DNA of 63,340 nucleotides, the filler included, from Saprolegnia diclina VS20 (lineage: Eukaryota), in assembly GCF_000281045.1 (NCBI RefSeq). It is 5 parts of 2 records of this genome, joined end to end, with 100 filler letters (N's around TTAATTAATTAA, not from the genome) between each part and the next. Parts side by side here need not be neighbours in the genome. Positions count along the whole stretch, not along the records: positions 30,542 to 39,184 come from NW_008246200.1; positions 39,285 to 56,112 come from NW_008246201.1; 3 more parts are not named here. One strand, written 5' to 3'. Shown one piece after another: positions 35,663-48,495 of the stretch (within the stretch, counting starts at the first letter, position 1; every line of letters begins with the position of its first letter). The position numbers and the translations under genes are program-made. The notes below the pieces were generated by a model that was not told the DNA's origin, did no database searches, and saw only the letters and a program-made list of their open reading frames with translations.

Positions 35663-36103
35663 CTGACGACCCACTGCAGGTTGCGCGACGGGGCCAAATA
35701 GCGCTTTCGTGGTCGCCAACAGCCCATACGTGTCCTTTTTTAATACGCGTCCTGGAGTCCAAAGCAGCACGAATGCATTCCTCGGCTGCAGATCGAGGTA
35801 TCGCATTGCCCCGTTGCCGCGTGCACCAGCGCTTCGTAGTTGCTCGTGTCACCTCGTCACGCCGCCCATGCACAATGTAGCTTCTGGCAAGTGCGAGGTT
35901 GCTGTCGTTGCCAACGGGAGCTGGATGGCGGACCGCTGAGTGGGGCCACCATTCCGCATCGCTCGGAGCCGTTTCAGCGATAGTATACCCCGTCATCGCA
36001 GCCATTGCTTGCGGCTTGTTGACGTGCTCGCCAACGTGCGTTTGGCCGTAACTGGTTTGATCCAAATAAAATGTCGGTCCACTTGACAAATTGGGCACTC
36101 GAC

Positions 36104-37971
36104 ATGCGTGACACGGTGGCGGGTCCGGCAGCCGAGCTTGTGCAAGCAGCCAAGCCGCCGCCGCGCGTCAAGCGGCACCGCGCCGCGCTCGCGATCAGCC
36201 TCATCATGCTCGTCAACCTGCTCTCGATGGTCGTGTTGACCATACGCGCACTCTCTCACTCTCTCTCGTAGCCGTTCAAGGCGTACCTCTCCGAACCATG
36301 GCCATGGGACGTCGACGCCAACATCCCACCGTCGCCAAGCAACTTTACAGTGTTCAACACCTCGGCCTTGGCGCGCTTCCAGCGCGAGTACAACCACAGC
36401 ACGCTACCACACGCCGCGACCTTTTACCTCGACACAGCCCAGAGCCTTCAAGTGCTACGAACAGTTCTCGAGACGAGCAACAAGCCACCCATGTCCGCCA
36501 ACGACTGCCCGAGTCGCTTCCTCGTCGGGCTGCCCGGATCCATTTACTTTGGCGAGAGCATGCGATCGCTCGTGTGCGCCTTTGCGGCTGCCGACCACAA
36601 GCTCACCAACTGGAGCCAACGAGGCACCTGTGGCCACACGCGTATGCTGACCATCAACCTCGGCGAAGCGTGCCTCTGGCTCGTCGCTGGTAATGACGTG
36701 CTCGGTCGCGACACCACCAGCACCTACACGTTATACTACGTCCTTCGCGTCTACGCGTATCCCGAGTGGCTTTGGCTCAAGCTACTCTATCGAGTGTTTT
36801 TGACGTGCTATGTACTACGATTGCTCTGGCGCCGGTACTATGGCCCGTATCTCCAGCTCGAGCGCATCCTTGCTGTCCATGGACACCGCACCGACTTGAA
36901 AAATGCGGGTGCGTGGCGCTACGTGGTCGTACTTGGCGACCCGACGGCGCTGGTTCTTATGAACACCAACGTCGCCCTCGCCTTTCTGCTCGACATTTGG
37001 ATCAGCTCGGATACGCTCGGCGTGGCCATTCTTCGATCGAGCCAAAACCAAGACATTCCGCTGCTGCTCATCTCGTTCTTATACCTCTCCCGCGTCGTAC
37101 GACTAAGCTCTTATTTTCGCGTTTAGCCTTGTTGCTCTTAGGTTTGGATTGCGTATGCGGCGATCTGCCTCGTCTCGCGCTGGCTCAAGCGCCACGGCAA
37201 CGAGCATCGCTTTGCTCAAGTCGACCCGACGCTGTTGGCGGTCCTCGTCTCGATCTACGGCCCACTCCTGACGTGGCTCGGCAGCAACGTGAGCTTCTTT
37301 CTATCCACATACAGCTACCTCCTCGAGTGTCTTCTCACGGACCAAGACGAAGCGATTGAAGTATTTCTCGTTGCCGTCTTTTACATGGTTCTCATGGGGT
37401 CCATGCCACTGCTCTACGGCTTTAGCGTGCGCCATCTGCGTACGACGGCACATCGTATAGATTGAACTCTGACCGTTTTGAAATAGGCCCTCGGAAGGTC
37501 GCACCGCTCAGCCGGTCCTTCTACGCGAGTTGGCGCAACAATAACGCCAAGAACCGGCTTTTGTTTACAGCCTTTGGCGTGCACCATCGGAGAAAAGGCC
37601 ACGGTGACGACGACGACGATCTCGTCTCCCTTGGTGGCACGCTCTACTCGATCTTTGAGCTCAACCCAAAGTACCAAGCGTCGCCTGCGATTTGCAGCCG
37701 CGCCGCCGATGTCTTCCTCCTCTGCTACGAAAACGACGTTCTCCAAGCCAAGATCCGACTGAGTCTCTTGTGCAGTTTGGACGGCGCTGCCTCGCGCCAC
37801 CACGCAGCGATTCCAGACGCCGCGTCGCCGTCGCGCTACATTGTCAACGAGCTCTGTCGCCCTCTGGCTCAAACCTTTGCGTCCGTTGCGCTTCAAACGT
37901 CGGTCAAGACGTCGGTGGCCGCGCCACTGTGCATTATTCGACCCGACATACCATCCGAGTGGTGCATGTAG
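36104..37971 (+). CDS. Uncharacterised oomycete multi-pass membrane protein ending WCM (4 exons)
   Basis: Splicing of intron 36230-36271 gives NLLSM|PFKAYLSE. Further introns at ~37097-37141 and ~37454-37486. GDPTALVLMN, YLSR.VW.AY and several TM helices. Alternative ATG at 36071. Confidence 0.7.
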
Positions 37972-38498
37972 CACCGCAAATGCGAGCTTGAATAGCTTAC
38001 TCGTCTATTTGGGTTCCATAGATCCTGACCGAACGAAACTCAAAAACGTTTGATTTTATCAAAGAAGCCCTCTCTCGTTTGCAGTCAGCTACACTACTCG
38101 GGAAGCAAAGGACATTTAGCCTTCATTACTGCCAGGACCTCGGATGAGGTGAGGCGAGTTACATGGCCGGCGTCGAGATGTCGCCTTCTGCCAAAGTCGC
38201 TCGACGACGGTTCGCAAGATTCCCTTCGTGAAAAGGCCTCCAAACACCCTGCAAACGAACTGCCCATCACAGCATTCCTACAGTGGTTGGAGGACGTCAA
38301 CACTTTGTGGATAGCTGGCTCGCTCACATTCCAGATGTGGTAACCGGGACCAGAACCCTACCCTGCCCTAGCCCTAGAGAGACATTTGCTCGGTTGACGC
38401 CATTGTGATGTCCACAAGTGAGCGCCACACATAAGATGCACATGACACTGCTTAAATTTTCAACGACATAATCGAGCCAACCAACCGATCACACGCGA

Positions 38499-39184
38499 TC
38501 ACATGCACCATGGTGATGGAGGACGTGCGCGCAGCAGCCTCGGGCGTGACGGTTTCTCTGTGGACGGTCGTCGGCTCGGGAGCTCGAGTTCGTTGAAGCG
38601 CGACGTCGAGATGCCAGAATCGACGCACAGATCCGGCTCGTCACTCTGGACGTCGACATATTCGAGAAGACTGAGTCGAAGCCTCGCCTGAAGTCGCTGG
38701 TTGCAGTAGCAAAGCACAAAACTGTCCGAGCCACTCGTGTTGATGACGGGCAGTGCCTTGTAGCCCGCGTTCGCTTCACAAAGCTCATGGACGCTGCCGC
38801 CAAAGCCTCTTTCAGCCTGCGTATGCAGCGGTCGAATGAACCAGAGGAGCAATCGGTTTGTCAGCGCGTTGTAGTTGGCGCTGCTGTAGCGCATGGCCGA
38901 CGCGCGCGGTCGGCGCCAGAACCCAAGGGCACCATAGAGCACCGGTGCAATGGCAATGATGGCGATGTACGCGGTGCCGACGATCGCGACTTCGATGCGA
39001 TAGGCATAATTGGTGGTAAAAAGACACACGAGGAGGTACTGGTACGCTTGCAAGAAGCTCGGGACGACGGCCGTGCCATACCATAGAAAAGGGCCAAGGA
39101 GAAAGAGCAAGACGCTTTGCAGCGCTGGGTCGACTGGAAGGAAGAAGCGCTCGAGGTGGTATCGCTTTAAAAAGATGTTGGTCG
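38499..39184 (-). CDS. Paralogue of the WCM-ending membrane protein (5' truncated by gap)
   Basis: VDP.L...L.GP.L.., YQYLL.CL, GGSVHEL...Y.A.P, D.FVLCY...LQA..RLSLL and PSPWCM* align with the neighbouring gene. Confidence 0.72.
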
Positions 39185-39284
39185 NNNNNNNNNNNNNNNN
39201 NNNNNNNNNNNNNNNNNNNNNNNNNNNNTTAATTAATTAANNNNNNNNNNNNNNNNNNNNNNNNNNNNNNNNNNNNNNNNNNNN
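39185..39284. other. Artificial contig spacer
   Basis: 44 N + TTAATTAATTAA + 44 N. Confidence 0.95.
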
Positions 39285-39379
39285 CCTGGAAAGGACGTTT
39301 GCGCCTCCTTTCCAACCGACTGAGAGTTGCGAGCACGAGAGTTGCGTGGTCGGTCGTCCGCTGGTGCGCTGCGTGTTTT

Positions 39380-40124
39380 AGGGGGTTTCAAAGTTGAAAA
39401 TGGAGATTTCAATGGAGTTCGAAAAAATGGACTTTCGAAAATACGGCGCGCTGATTGGACAAAAAGGAAGCGAGTTTCTCCCTTGTCGAGGCAACTCCAT
39501 TGCAATCTCCAGGGTCGATTTTCGGCCATGGAGCGAGTCCATGATGGAGAGAAGTGAGGCCATCAAATTTCGCAAGGTTTTTTAAGAGCGCGCGGCCGCG
39601 CCGTTAGACGCGGCGGGCAAGAAGGCCAGGGTAGTCTACTCGAACAGGGGCATGTGCGCCAAGCCAGCGCGCATGCGAGACGAGTAGTCCTACAAGGACA
39701 TGCGCGGAAGGCTCTCTGCAGCCGACCGTGAAGAACGTTTCATCAACATCGAGACGAAGGACGATGCCACGAGGGCGACGTCCGCTATGCCCAACGACGC
39801 CCACAACCTGGTGCGCAACCAAGACGATGCACGTTGTTCTTTACTTCAAGACCATAGATAAGGCAGCGGACCTGTTGAGAGGATCTCAAGAGGAGGTACG
39901 CTGGCGCAAGGACCGCCATGTCCTCGGACCTAGCTCTCGAGCCTCGGACTGTCGGGCGCCACGCAATAAAAACGAATCAAATTATGGAGGTACATGCATT
40001 TCGGCCTCCGGAATGCCTCCGGAAAGCAAACGCTTTTCATTGGCTATAAATCAAGCAATTTTTGGCGCCATGGACCTGCTCCATTGCCATTGGCTTTTCC
40101 ATTTTTTCAACTTTGAAACCCCCT
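39380..40124. mobile_element. Non-autonomous TIR element (MITE-like, ~745 bp)
   Basis: 21-bp perfect inverted ends agggggtttcaaagttgaaaa / ttttcaactttgaaaccccct, TTT on both flanks, subterminal caatggag/ctccattg repeats. Confidence 0.72.
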
Positions 40125-40702
40125 TTTGTACCCAAGAAATTCAGCGGTGGGTCGCTTGCAACACGATGGAACAGTCGGAATGGCCGAAGAATATGGCTTG
40201 CGTGGTGCATATTCCAGTATACATGTATATATTCTGCAGCTATGACGTGGGAAACAATATTGCCGGGAGCGGTGCTAGTACGTCGGTGCCGGCACTTCTG
40301 CAGCCATTGACACGGGGCTTGCACCACGAGCAGAGGTGGTGTCGTTGCCATGCTGCAAGCCAGCGCGGCCAAGCCCATGACACTTGAATTCCCACAAACC
40401 GGATATGTAACTTTTGCAGTAGCCAATCAGAAGCGGCGAACATTGGCCTTTTCCAGCGTCTTTGCAGGAACCAGTCTCGGAAAGTCATGGCCAAAGCCGC
40501 GTCGTCCGGCTGCCACTGGTGGCCGCTGCCCATCCTTAGTACGTCGACGGCGCCTGCGAGCGCTCACTAACGGTGTGCNNNNNNNNNNNNNNNNNNNNNN
40601 NNNNNNNNNNNNNNNNNNNNNNNNNNNNNNNNNNNNNNNNNNNNNNNNNNNNNNNNNNNNNNNNNNNNNNNNNNNNNNNNNNNNNNNNNNNNNNNNNNNN
40701 NN

Positions 40703-41862
40703 ACCGTGCCATCGACGTGCAAGTCGCGCGGCAGCTACCTTGACGGCAAGAGCTGCAAGACGTGCCCCAGCACGAAGAACGGCAAGTCGTTTGCGATCTT
40801 TTGGGAGTCGCAGACCGACGGCTGCCTCGACGTACACACTCCCTCGCTTCGCTGGCATGCCAACGAGCTCTTGTAGTTTGTCAAGAGCGAAGCAGCGCAG
40901 TACGTCACGCATGTCTACTGGGGCTTTGCGACCATCGGCACGGACGGGTCGGTCGACCAGACGTTCCAAGGCAACGACGCGACGCTCAAGGCGTGCATCG
41001 CTGCCATGAAAAAGTACGCCGTTATCTACTCTATCCATGGCTTCAATAGTGTGCGACTAGCAAGTGCATCAAGCAATATGCGAGCATTGGCGGCGCCAGC
41101 GTCCGTGCGAATTTTCTGACGGTCAACACGCCCGCAGCGTACGCCAAGTTTGCCAGCACCGCCGCGTCCTTGGTGCAAAAGTAGGTGTTTGTTTGTTGTA
41201 TATGACAATATTGTCCCTTTCTTATTTGTCCTACCTAGGTTTGGGTTTGACGGCGTCGACATTGATGACGAGAGCGGCAACTTGGGCGCCAAAGGCGACT
41301 GGAAGACGAACGCCGGCCCGAACGTCATTGGGTACCTCAGCGCGCTGCGCAAGGCGCTCAACGGGCTTCCGCTCGCCAGTGGCGAACCGAAGTACATTGT
41401 GACGTGGGACGAGCTCCCGACAGCGTTCGACAAGTCGTGCAGCGATGCCGGCGGCGACTACAGCCGGTGCTTTGAGCCCAAGATCCTCCAGTACGTCGAC
41501 GAAGTCAACAACATGATGTACAATGCCATGAGTGTACGCAGCTGCGCCTCTTTCGCGTCTCAACCAAGAGGATGTAGGCAACGATGGACGCGTGGCTTGC
41601 GGCCGTGCCGACGACGTGGGCGACGTCGATCGGGAAGGACAAGCTTCTCCTTGGCCAGTGCGTCGGAAAGGGCACGGGGTCGGGGATTTGCGGCGACTAT
41701 GGTGACGCGCCATCCCCCAAGCAGCTTGAAGCCGCGGCGGCCGCCGGCGCAAATTACAAGGGCGCGATGCTCTGGACTGGCTCGTACGACTGGGTCAGCG
41801 GCAAAGGCGGCGTCATCATCTCGATGGGCAAGGCCGGCAACTACGGCACGGGCCTCAAGTAG
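40703..41862 (+). CDS. GH18 chitinase-like glycoside hydrolase (5' partial, 5 visible exons)
   Basis: THVYWGFA, ASIGG, FGFDGVDIDDE (DxxDxDxE), VNNMMYN, GAMLW. Introns at ~40832-40876, 41014-41061, 41181-41238 and 41534-41577. Confidence 0.85.
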
Positions 41863-42257
41863 GCGCCGAATTACTCTTTCTCTGTGTTGTCATCATGTAA
41901 TCCCACGTACTACCGCGAACAACGTGTTTGGTTTTGAACGTTGATGTAGCTGCCTGCGACGTCGGCGCTACTCCAAACGTTGGCTCGTTGCCGCAGCACG
42001 GGCCAAATTTCCTTGGCCAAGAGTAATGGTGGAGATGCAGTAGAGCCTGCTGCAGCAACCGGGATGGTGGTGCACCTTACAAGCGAGTCCTGACGGAGGT
42101 CTCGGCACGTTGCTACGAAAAAGAACGTGGTGGTCCTAGCGCGGTGGTAGAGCTCTTAATCGCGAGAAAACAATAAAGCGCTCTATTCCGTCCTTTGGCT
42201 TAAGAAGCAAACCCCTAGGGAGGATCATGGGGGCACGGATAGAGCGAGCGTATCACG

Positions 42258-42581
42258 TCACTTGGCGGACTCGGTCTCGCGGCGGTACGTGCGCAGAACG
42301 TTCCAGTTGACGCGCTCGACGGACGTGATGCCGGATGGAAAATGCTTGGCAAAGTCGTCGCGCAGTGCCGCCGTGTGCTCGGCAAAGTACCGGTCGAGGT
42401 CGAGCTGCGAGTCGGCGAGGTACCGCGTGCGGTAGCTGTGGAGCGTGCTCTGCTCAAACGCAATGGACGAAAAGCAGCCCGTCGCGAGGATCTGCGGCAA
42501 GTGGCGCTCCGTCATGTACTCGGCCAAGCGGTCCGCCACCGCGGGCTCGCACGTCACGACGACTTCGTAGACGACCGCCAT
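42258..42581 (-). CDS. DUF4286-like small protein (dimeric alpha/beta-barrel-like)
   Basis: VVYEV...YMTERHLPQILATGCF...Y......LDRYFAEHTAALRDDF..HF pattern; intronless, 107 aa. Confidence 0.72.
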   Translation of the reverse strand: MAVVYEVVVTCEPAVADRLAEYMTERHLPQILATGCFSSIAFEQSTLHSYRTRYLADSQLDLDRYFAEHTAALRDDFAKHFPSGITSVERVNWNVLRTYRRETESAK

Positions 42582-44041
42582 TGTGTTGGAAAGTGCACCT
42601 CGTATCCGGACACTTGAAGTTGCCGTTTTGCGTGCAACCTTTTACCGATACGTTAAACGCAGGAGAGCTGCGTTAAACGCCACGAGGATACATTGCGTTT
42701 AACGTGCGGAAGCTCCCCAAGCAGCCCAAGCACCAACCGGATCACAGCGACGACTGTCGTAGCATCGCTACAGATCGCTAAAATGCAGGCCACTTGAGGC
42801 TATCTATGGCAATGGGGCATCAACCATTATCCTCTCACGAACCCGTCGGACGAGACGGACCCTGGGCCCATGAAAAGGGCTGATCTGGGCGGTTTTCAAG
42901 GGGCATTCCAGAGGAGCAACTGTTGCTGTGCACTGCTGGGTCGATTCTCGTCTGATCTCCAGTGATACCACACAAAATGACGTGCAGCCCAGCGTGTGGC
43001 TCTCAGACGCCGGGATTGCAGCGTGACAGACGCCAGTCTCAGGAGGAGGATTCGCAGCCTGCCGAACGGAGTGGTTCGCTGCGAAAGGTTCTGCGAAAGG
43101 TGCTGCTCACAGAATGCGACGTCGAATCGAATGCGCCGCCACGTCCGCACGCGTCGACGCGAGTAGCACTGCGTTGTAAATTCATCACGCAGGTTTTTAC
43201 TCTGTTTTGAATGCCCTTAGGGTACGGATAAAACCGCCTACGGTTCTCACCCGAGCGGTTACCCGTCGCTGGCGCTTTGAGCGTGCGTCAATCGCGGGGG
43301 TGGATGAGTCGTCTGCCATGGATTCCACGACGTTGTTGTTGCTCTGAGACGGCGTGAGTTGCAGTTCATGGGACCAGAAACCACTCCGATGAGGCGATAG
43401 ATGTTGGATTCAACGGCGTTCGCTGATGATTCCGCCACCCGCCTAGCGTCCACCGCAATACGTAGGCTGTTACGGGGCCGAGTTGATGTGACTCGTGGCG
43501 ATGAGTCTGGCGACGACGGAAGAAGCACACTATGGTCAGCGTTAGGCGACTCGCGCAGTAGTACAGCGACGCGATGCTATGCAAAGCACTGGTCTCGGGG
43601 ACGGTTGTTGCCCGCAACGGCCATGCTCGTAGCGTCATCTATATGCAACAGAGCGTGTTTATAGCAACTAAATGACAACCAGTCTCTGTTGGCACACTGC
43701 ACTGAACCGACGGCCTTGTCTGTGCCACCAACGACCCGGCTGTGAGGCTGCTGCGGTATAGGTATGGAAAGCAACTACGTACGTACCTGTGGCACCGCAT
43801 ACTGTCCAAGTGTAGTACGCAGTATCGACTGTCTAGCAAACCGCTTCTGGCCATCCGTTGCTGCTTCAGACATCTCTTGATGCATAACGGCCGATCAGAT
43901 TCGAAACCGCAAGACGGCCTTTCTACGGGTGCTGGAAAGGCAACCTCGCATAACCTAGGTTGCACGCGCGTCCAACAGGGTGTAATGGCCCGCTGCGCGC
44001 GCATGGGATCATTTTCATTCTTGAAGGATCGAATACCAAGC

Positions 44042-45671
44042 ATGCCCAGCGACGCCCGCCACCAACCCGGCGACTTTTTACTGCCGTACGGCTTTTTCGA
44101 CTGCCTTCCGCTCATGGCCGCGGACCTCGAGTACCTCGAGTCGCTTGCGCGGCACACGCTCGAGGCGACGCTCAATGCGCTCCAATGCCACGACGCGACC
44201 GCGTGGAGCTCTCTCGGCGACGTCCATGGTGCCCACCTCTTCCAGGGCAAGCCGCGCCCGAGTGAACCGCACATTGTGCCGTTCCGGTCGTCGGCCAAGA
44301 TGGCCGCGAGTCTCGACGAGGTCCGCGACGTCGTCGCCAACGTCTCGACCGAGGCGATGGCGCAGTCGCTCCGGGTGCGTGCGGACGACGTCATGGACAT
44401 GAAGGTGCTCTACCGCCTCCAGTCGCCGACGCCCGACGCACCGCACCGCCATGTGCTTGTGCGCTGGGTCGCGATCGCTTGTCCGACTCCGCTCCAGAAC
44501 CGCGACTTTTGCGTCCTCGAAGTACGTCGTTTTTACCTTTCGAGCGTCGTCGTCTCAGCGCCACGGTAGGTACAAGATCAAGTCCGACTCGCGTCCGGCC
44601 AGCGCGCGTGGGTGGTCGCGCAGCACTCGGTGCGGCTGCCGTGTTGTCCCGACCTGAAAAGTGCTTTCCAGCTCGTGCGTGGGGCGATCGCCAACTCGGG
44701 GTAAACCAACATGTCCCTACACAGATGGGTCGTATCTAAGCGTCTGATTGGTCCGTAGCATGCTCTTTGCCGAGTCCAACGAAGCCGGCGTGCTGTACGC
44801 CCACAGCCACGTCGAGATGGATCTGAAGGGCAACTTGCCGTCGTTCGTATACAAGAAGCTCATGAAGCGCCGCGTGAGCCACATCGTGGACCTTCAGTCG
44901 ACAATTGTATCACGGCGCACCAAGAAAGAACGCAGTCTCTCGGCCACAATGCATTTTTCACCGCGCCACCAAGCAACCCCCGCCGTACGTACTAGTGTAG
45001 CATAGATGATCGTCGCTTAGACCTTGACTAGGTGCACGTTCCGTCGAGCGAGCGCAGTCATTGCAACTACTGTTCCAAGCGCTTCCACGCATTTCGCCAC
45101 AAGCACCACTGCTCGACGTGCGGCGAGGTACATTATAAAAAGAGGCGAGCGCTGACAAGTTGTCTAGATCTTTTGCTCCAAGTGCACGGGCACGTGGAAG
45201 TCGATGCATGCGTCCACCCAGCGCGTCTGCGTCACGTGCTCCAATGCAATTTGCGACCGCTTCTCGGACGCGCAGAGCCCCGTCTTTGGCTGTAGCCCAA
45301 ATGCTGCGGGCTTTGTGAGCCCCGCTCATGACCACGGCCCACGCCGTCCGCAGTACTCCCCGTCGTGCATGCAGAGCCACGCACCGCCAATGGAGACCGA
45401 CGATCCGCTCTTGGCCGCGTGGCAGTCGCTGCGGCTGTCGTCGGGCGGCGACGTGCCGGTTCGCGACATGCAGTCGGAGAAGACGACGTCGACGCTCCAA
45501 GACCTTTGTGACGACCCTGTCTCGAAGCTGCTCGCGGGCGACTGGGACTGCTACGACCCGACGGCGACGATCGATATTTCGGCACAGCTGCAGCAGGCAG
45601 CGCTCGAGCGCAGCTTTGGCCACCGGCCCGAGTCGCGCCGTGACCGCTCGCGATCGTACAAGGTCTGGTAG
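44042..45671 (+). CDS. START-like + FYVE protein, tandem copy 1
   Basis: VRWVAIACPTPLQNRDFCVLE, HSVRL..CPDL, NSG|intron, MDLKG.LP; then CNYC...RHKHHCSTCGE..CSKC...RVCVTC. Alternative ATG at 44003. Confidence 0.82.
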
Positions 45672-47019
45672 CTAGCTGTTTCATGTACAAAGTGTCGTAA
45701 ATCCAAATCAAAGTTGTCGTCGTCCGTGATGACTTGAGTGTCAGCGTGGCATGCTCAACGTGGCTGCACCGAGTGGGTAGCGTTGTCGGCGGTTTGACCT
45801 CCATCGCATGACGTCCCGGCGGGAGCTCACGACGGGAGAGACCGTGGTAACACGTGGTACTTGGAAGCGAAGCAACGATTACTCGTAGCCTCTAGCTACA
45901 ACTCTGTGCAACGTCCAGGGTTGACACATTTCCCAAACTCGATCGACCTTTTCCTTCTGTAGACCCGAGTATGATAGTTGACCACTTCCTCGACGCGACA
46001 CGTCGTCCAAGCAGCAGGTGAGCCCTTGGCTCGTGCGGCACGACCGGTGATGACGAGATTTGCATTGGCAACTGCTCGTTCGGTAGTTCGAAGGCCGACA
46101 AACGAACGCACCTAGTACGTCGTCGCGAACGGATGCGTCAACATGGAGCAAAATAGTCGGGCAAAAGAGGCTACAAGCCTCGGCATGCTTTTTCACTTGC
46201 AAGCTCACGTATTGACCACGAGCTTGGACCGCGACAGGCCGTTCTGGACCGTCCGACAGCCGCAGAAACTCCAATTTTGGTGGCCACACCCAAAACGGAT
46301 GTTCCGCATTTTGCTTTTTGGTAACCTTGTTATTCGCAACATGTGGTCCAGCACTCGAATCATCCTCGCCGCGCCTCGGTGCGTAGGCCACTCTGTGCTG
46401 TCTTGAACCTCAAGTCACCACCAGGATCGAGGTGATGGAAGCTCGCGAAACGACAGCGATGCGAACGGGCTCGTGCGCCGCTTCTCGCAGTAGGGAACGA
46501 GCACGCGAGTCGTATATGCGTGTATTGGGAGCAAATGTCGATGGATGTTAGAGTAGCGCAAAGGAGCTTGCGAGAATGAGTGGTCCGTAGGCACCACATG
46601 GCTGCACCGTGCTTGCCGCCAAAACAAGCCGCTGCGTGTTTATGCAGTCATATTGGACAGTCGCGTGGTTTTTGGGTCTGCGACGTTGGCTTCTTTTTGA
46701 TCCACACGTCTCGCGATACACACCGAGACAGCTCGGGCTTTTCTGTGCAGCGGACGTGCGAGACGGCGATGTGTGCTGGCGCCACAGCCTCGGTCGCTCA
46801 GCCCTCGATACAAAGCTCGTTTTGTGCATCTCATGCGTCGTTTGTGATTACCAATGGTGCACATTGCACCACCGTGCAAGCAGCGTGCGGCGGTCGCCAG
46901 CTGGCACCACGCCGACATCTTCCTCCCAAGTAGCGACTCGAGTGGCCAGTGCGCCTGCACTGCCTGTCTCTGCCAATGCGCGCTCGGCATCGGGCATTTC
47001 TACAGTACACAATTGGAGC

Positions 47020-48495
47020 ATGGGCGAGCTTCCGTCACGGCATGACAACCTCGAAGACTTTCCGCTGCCGCCCGACTTTTTCCGGAGCGACCCGCTCTCG
47101 GCCATCGAGCTGCGGTACCTCGAGGGCCTTGGGCAGCACAACATGGCCAAGCTCGTGACGCTCGCCGAGTCGTTCCTGGACGCAAAGGCGTTCCCGTGCA
47201 TCAAAGCGTCGCGCAACTTGCGCCTCTACCAAGGGCTCGCACCGCCGTCCGAGCCCAACATTATCCCGTTCCGCGCTACAACGACGGTCCAAGCCACGTT
47301 TCGGGAGCTCACGCACATTGTTTGCAACGTCACAAGCGAACAAATGACCAACGCCGTCCACAAGTACGCGTACGAGTTGCTGGACATGGCCATTTTGCAC
47401 GAAATTCCGACACCGACGCCGCAGCAGCAGCGCATGTTTGTGCGCTGGATGGCCACCGAGTGCCCGCCGCCATTGCGCCGCCGCGATTTCTGCGTCCTCG
47501 AAGTCCACCACGAAGCGCTCCTTCGCAACGGGAAGCGGGCGTTCTTGATTTCGCAGCACTCGATCCGGTTGTCGAGCTGCCCGGACCTCAAGAGCGCATA
47601 CAACCTCGTTCGCGGCTCAATCTACAACTCGGGGTACGTTCACACGTCGTCCTCACGGCGGAGACTCAGCATTATCAATAGCACCATCATCATGGAAACC
47701 GACACACCTGGCATCCTTGACGTCCATACGCATACACAAATGGACCTGAAAGGTCGCGTGCCGTCCTGGCTGCACAAGGTTGTCGTGCGGCAGCGCGTCG
47801 CGCGTCTCCAGTCGCTGCACGCGTCGCTCGAGGATCTTCGCCTGGGCGAGACGCTCGAAGGGACCTACATTGTACGTTTGAAAGACCTACACTCTGGTGT
47901 GACTTTGCCGTTGCTGTTATGCTAGCCCATGGTACCGGTGGACGCGCGGTCGCACTGTGGCGGCTGTGGCAAAGCATTTCATACGTTTCCCAAGTGGCGG
48001 CGAAAACACCACTGTCAGCTCTGCGGCGAGGTAGGCACCCCATCATGACCATCATGGTTTGACTTGGTATTGTGGCAGGTCTTTTGCGCCAAGTGCGCCA
48101 CGCCGTCGCCGACAAAAGGTCGTGTCTGCTACGCGTGCGTGGGCACCACGGTCGAGAGTTCGCTGCGGAGTCCGTGCCGCAGTGCCGATGTGACGTATGC
48201 AAAACACTCCTTGTTTGCCGATTTCCCGGATGACGACGATGGCAGCATCGTGGGCGCAAACACGACCGGACACATGCCCGTGTACCACCCGTGCACGTCG
48301 TCGTCGACGCTCTTGCAGCTGCTGGACGAGCCTCGCAAGCAACGCGTCGGCGAGCTCTCCACGCCTGATGTCGCGCTCGAAGCGCTGCAGTTTGATTGGC
48401 TCGCGCCCGGGGAGCTGGCGTCACCGCACCAAGGCAGCGCGCTTTTGCCGATGCTCGAGGTCGACTCGGCCCACGTGCTTCGCCTTATCGTCTAG
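47020..48495 (+). CDS. START-like + FYVE protein, tandem copy 2
   Basis: FPLPPDFF, VRWMATECPPPLRRRDFCVLE, NSG|intron; CGGC...RRKHHCQLCGE|VFCAKC...RVCYAC. Confidence 0.85.

Noticed and set aside
38353..38378. ccctaccctgccctagccctag as a telomeric repeat
   Set aside because: Only four degenerate units, internal, and not CCCTAA(A).
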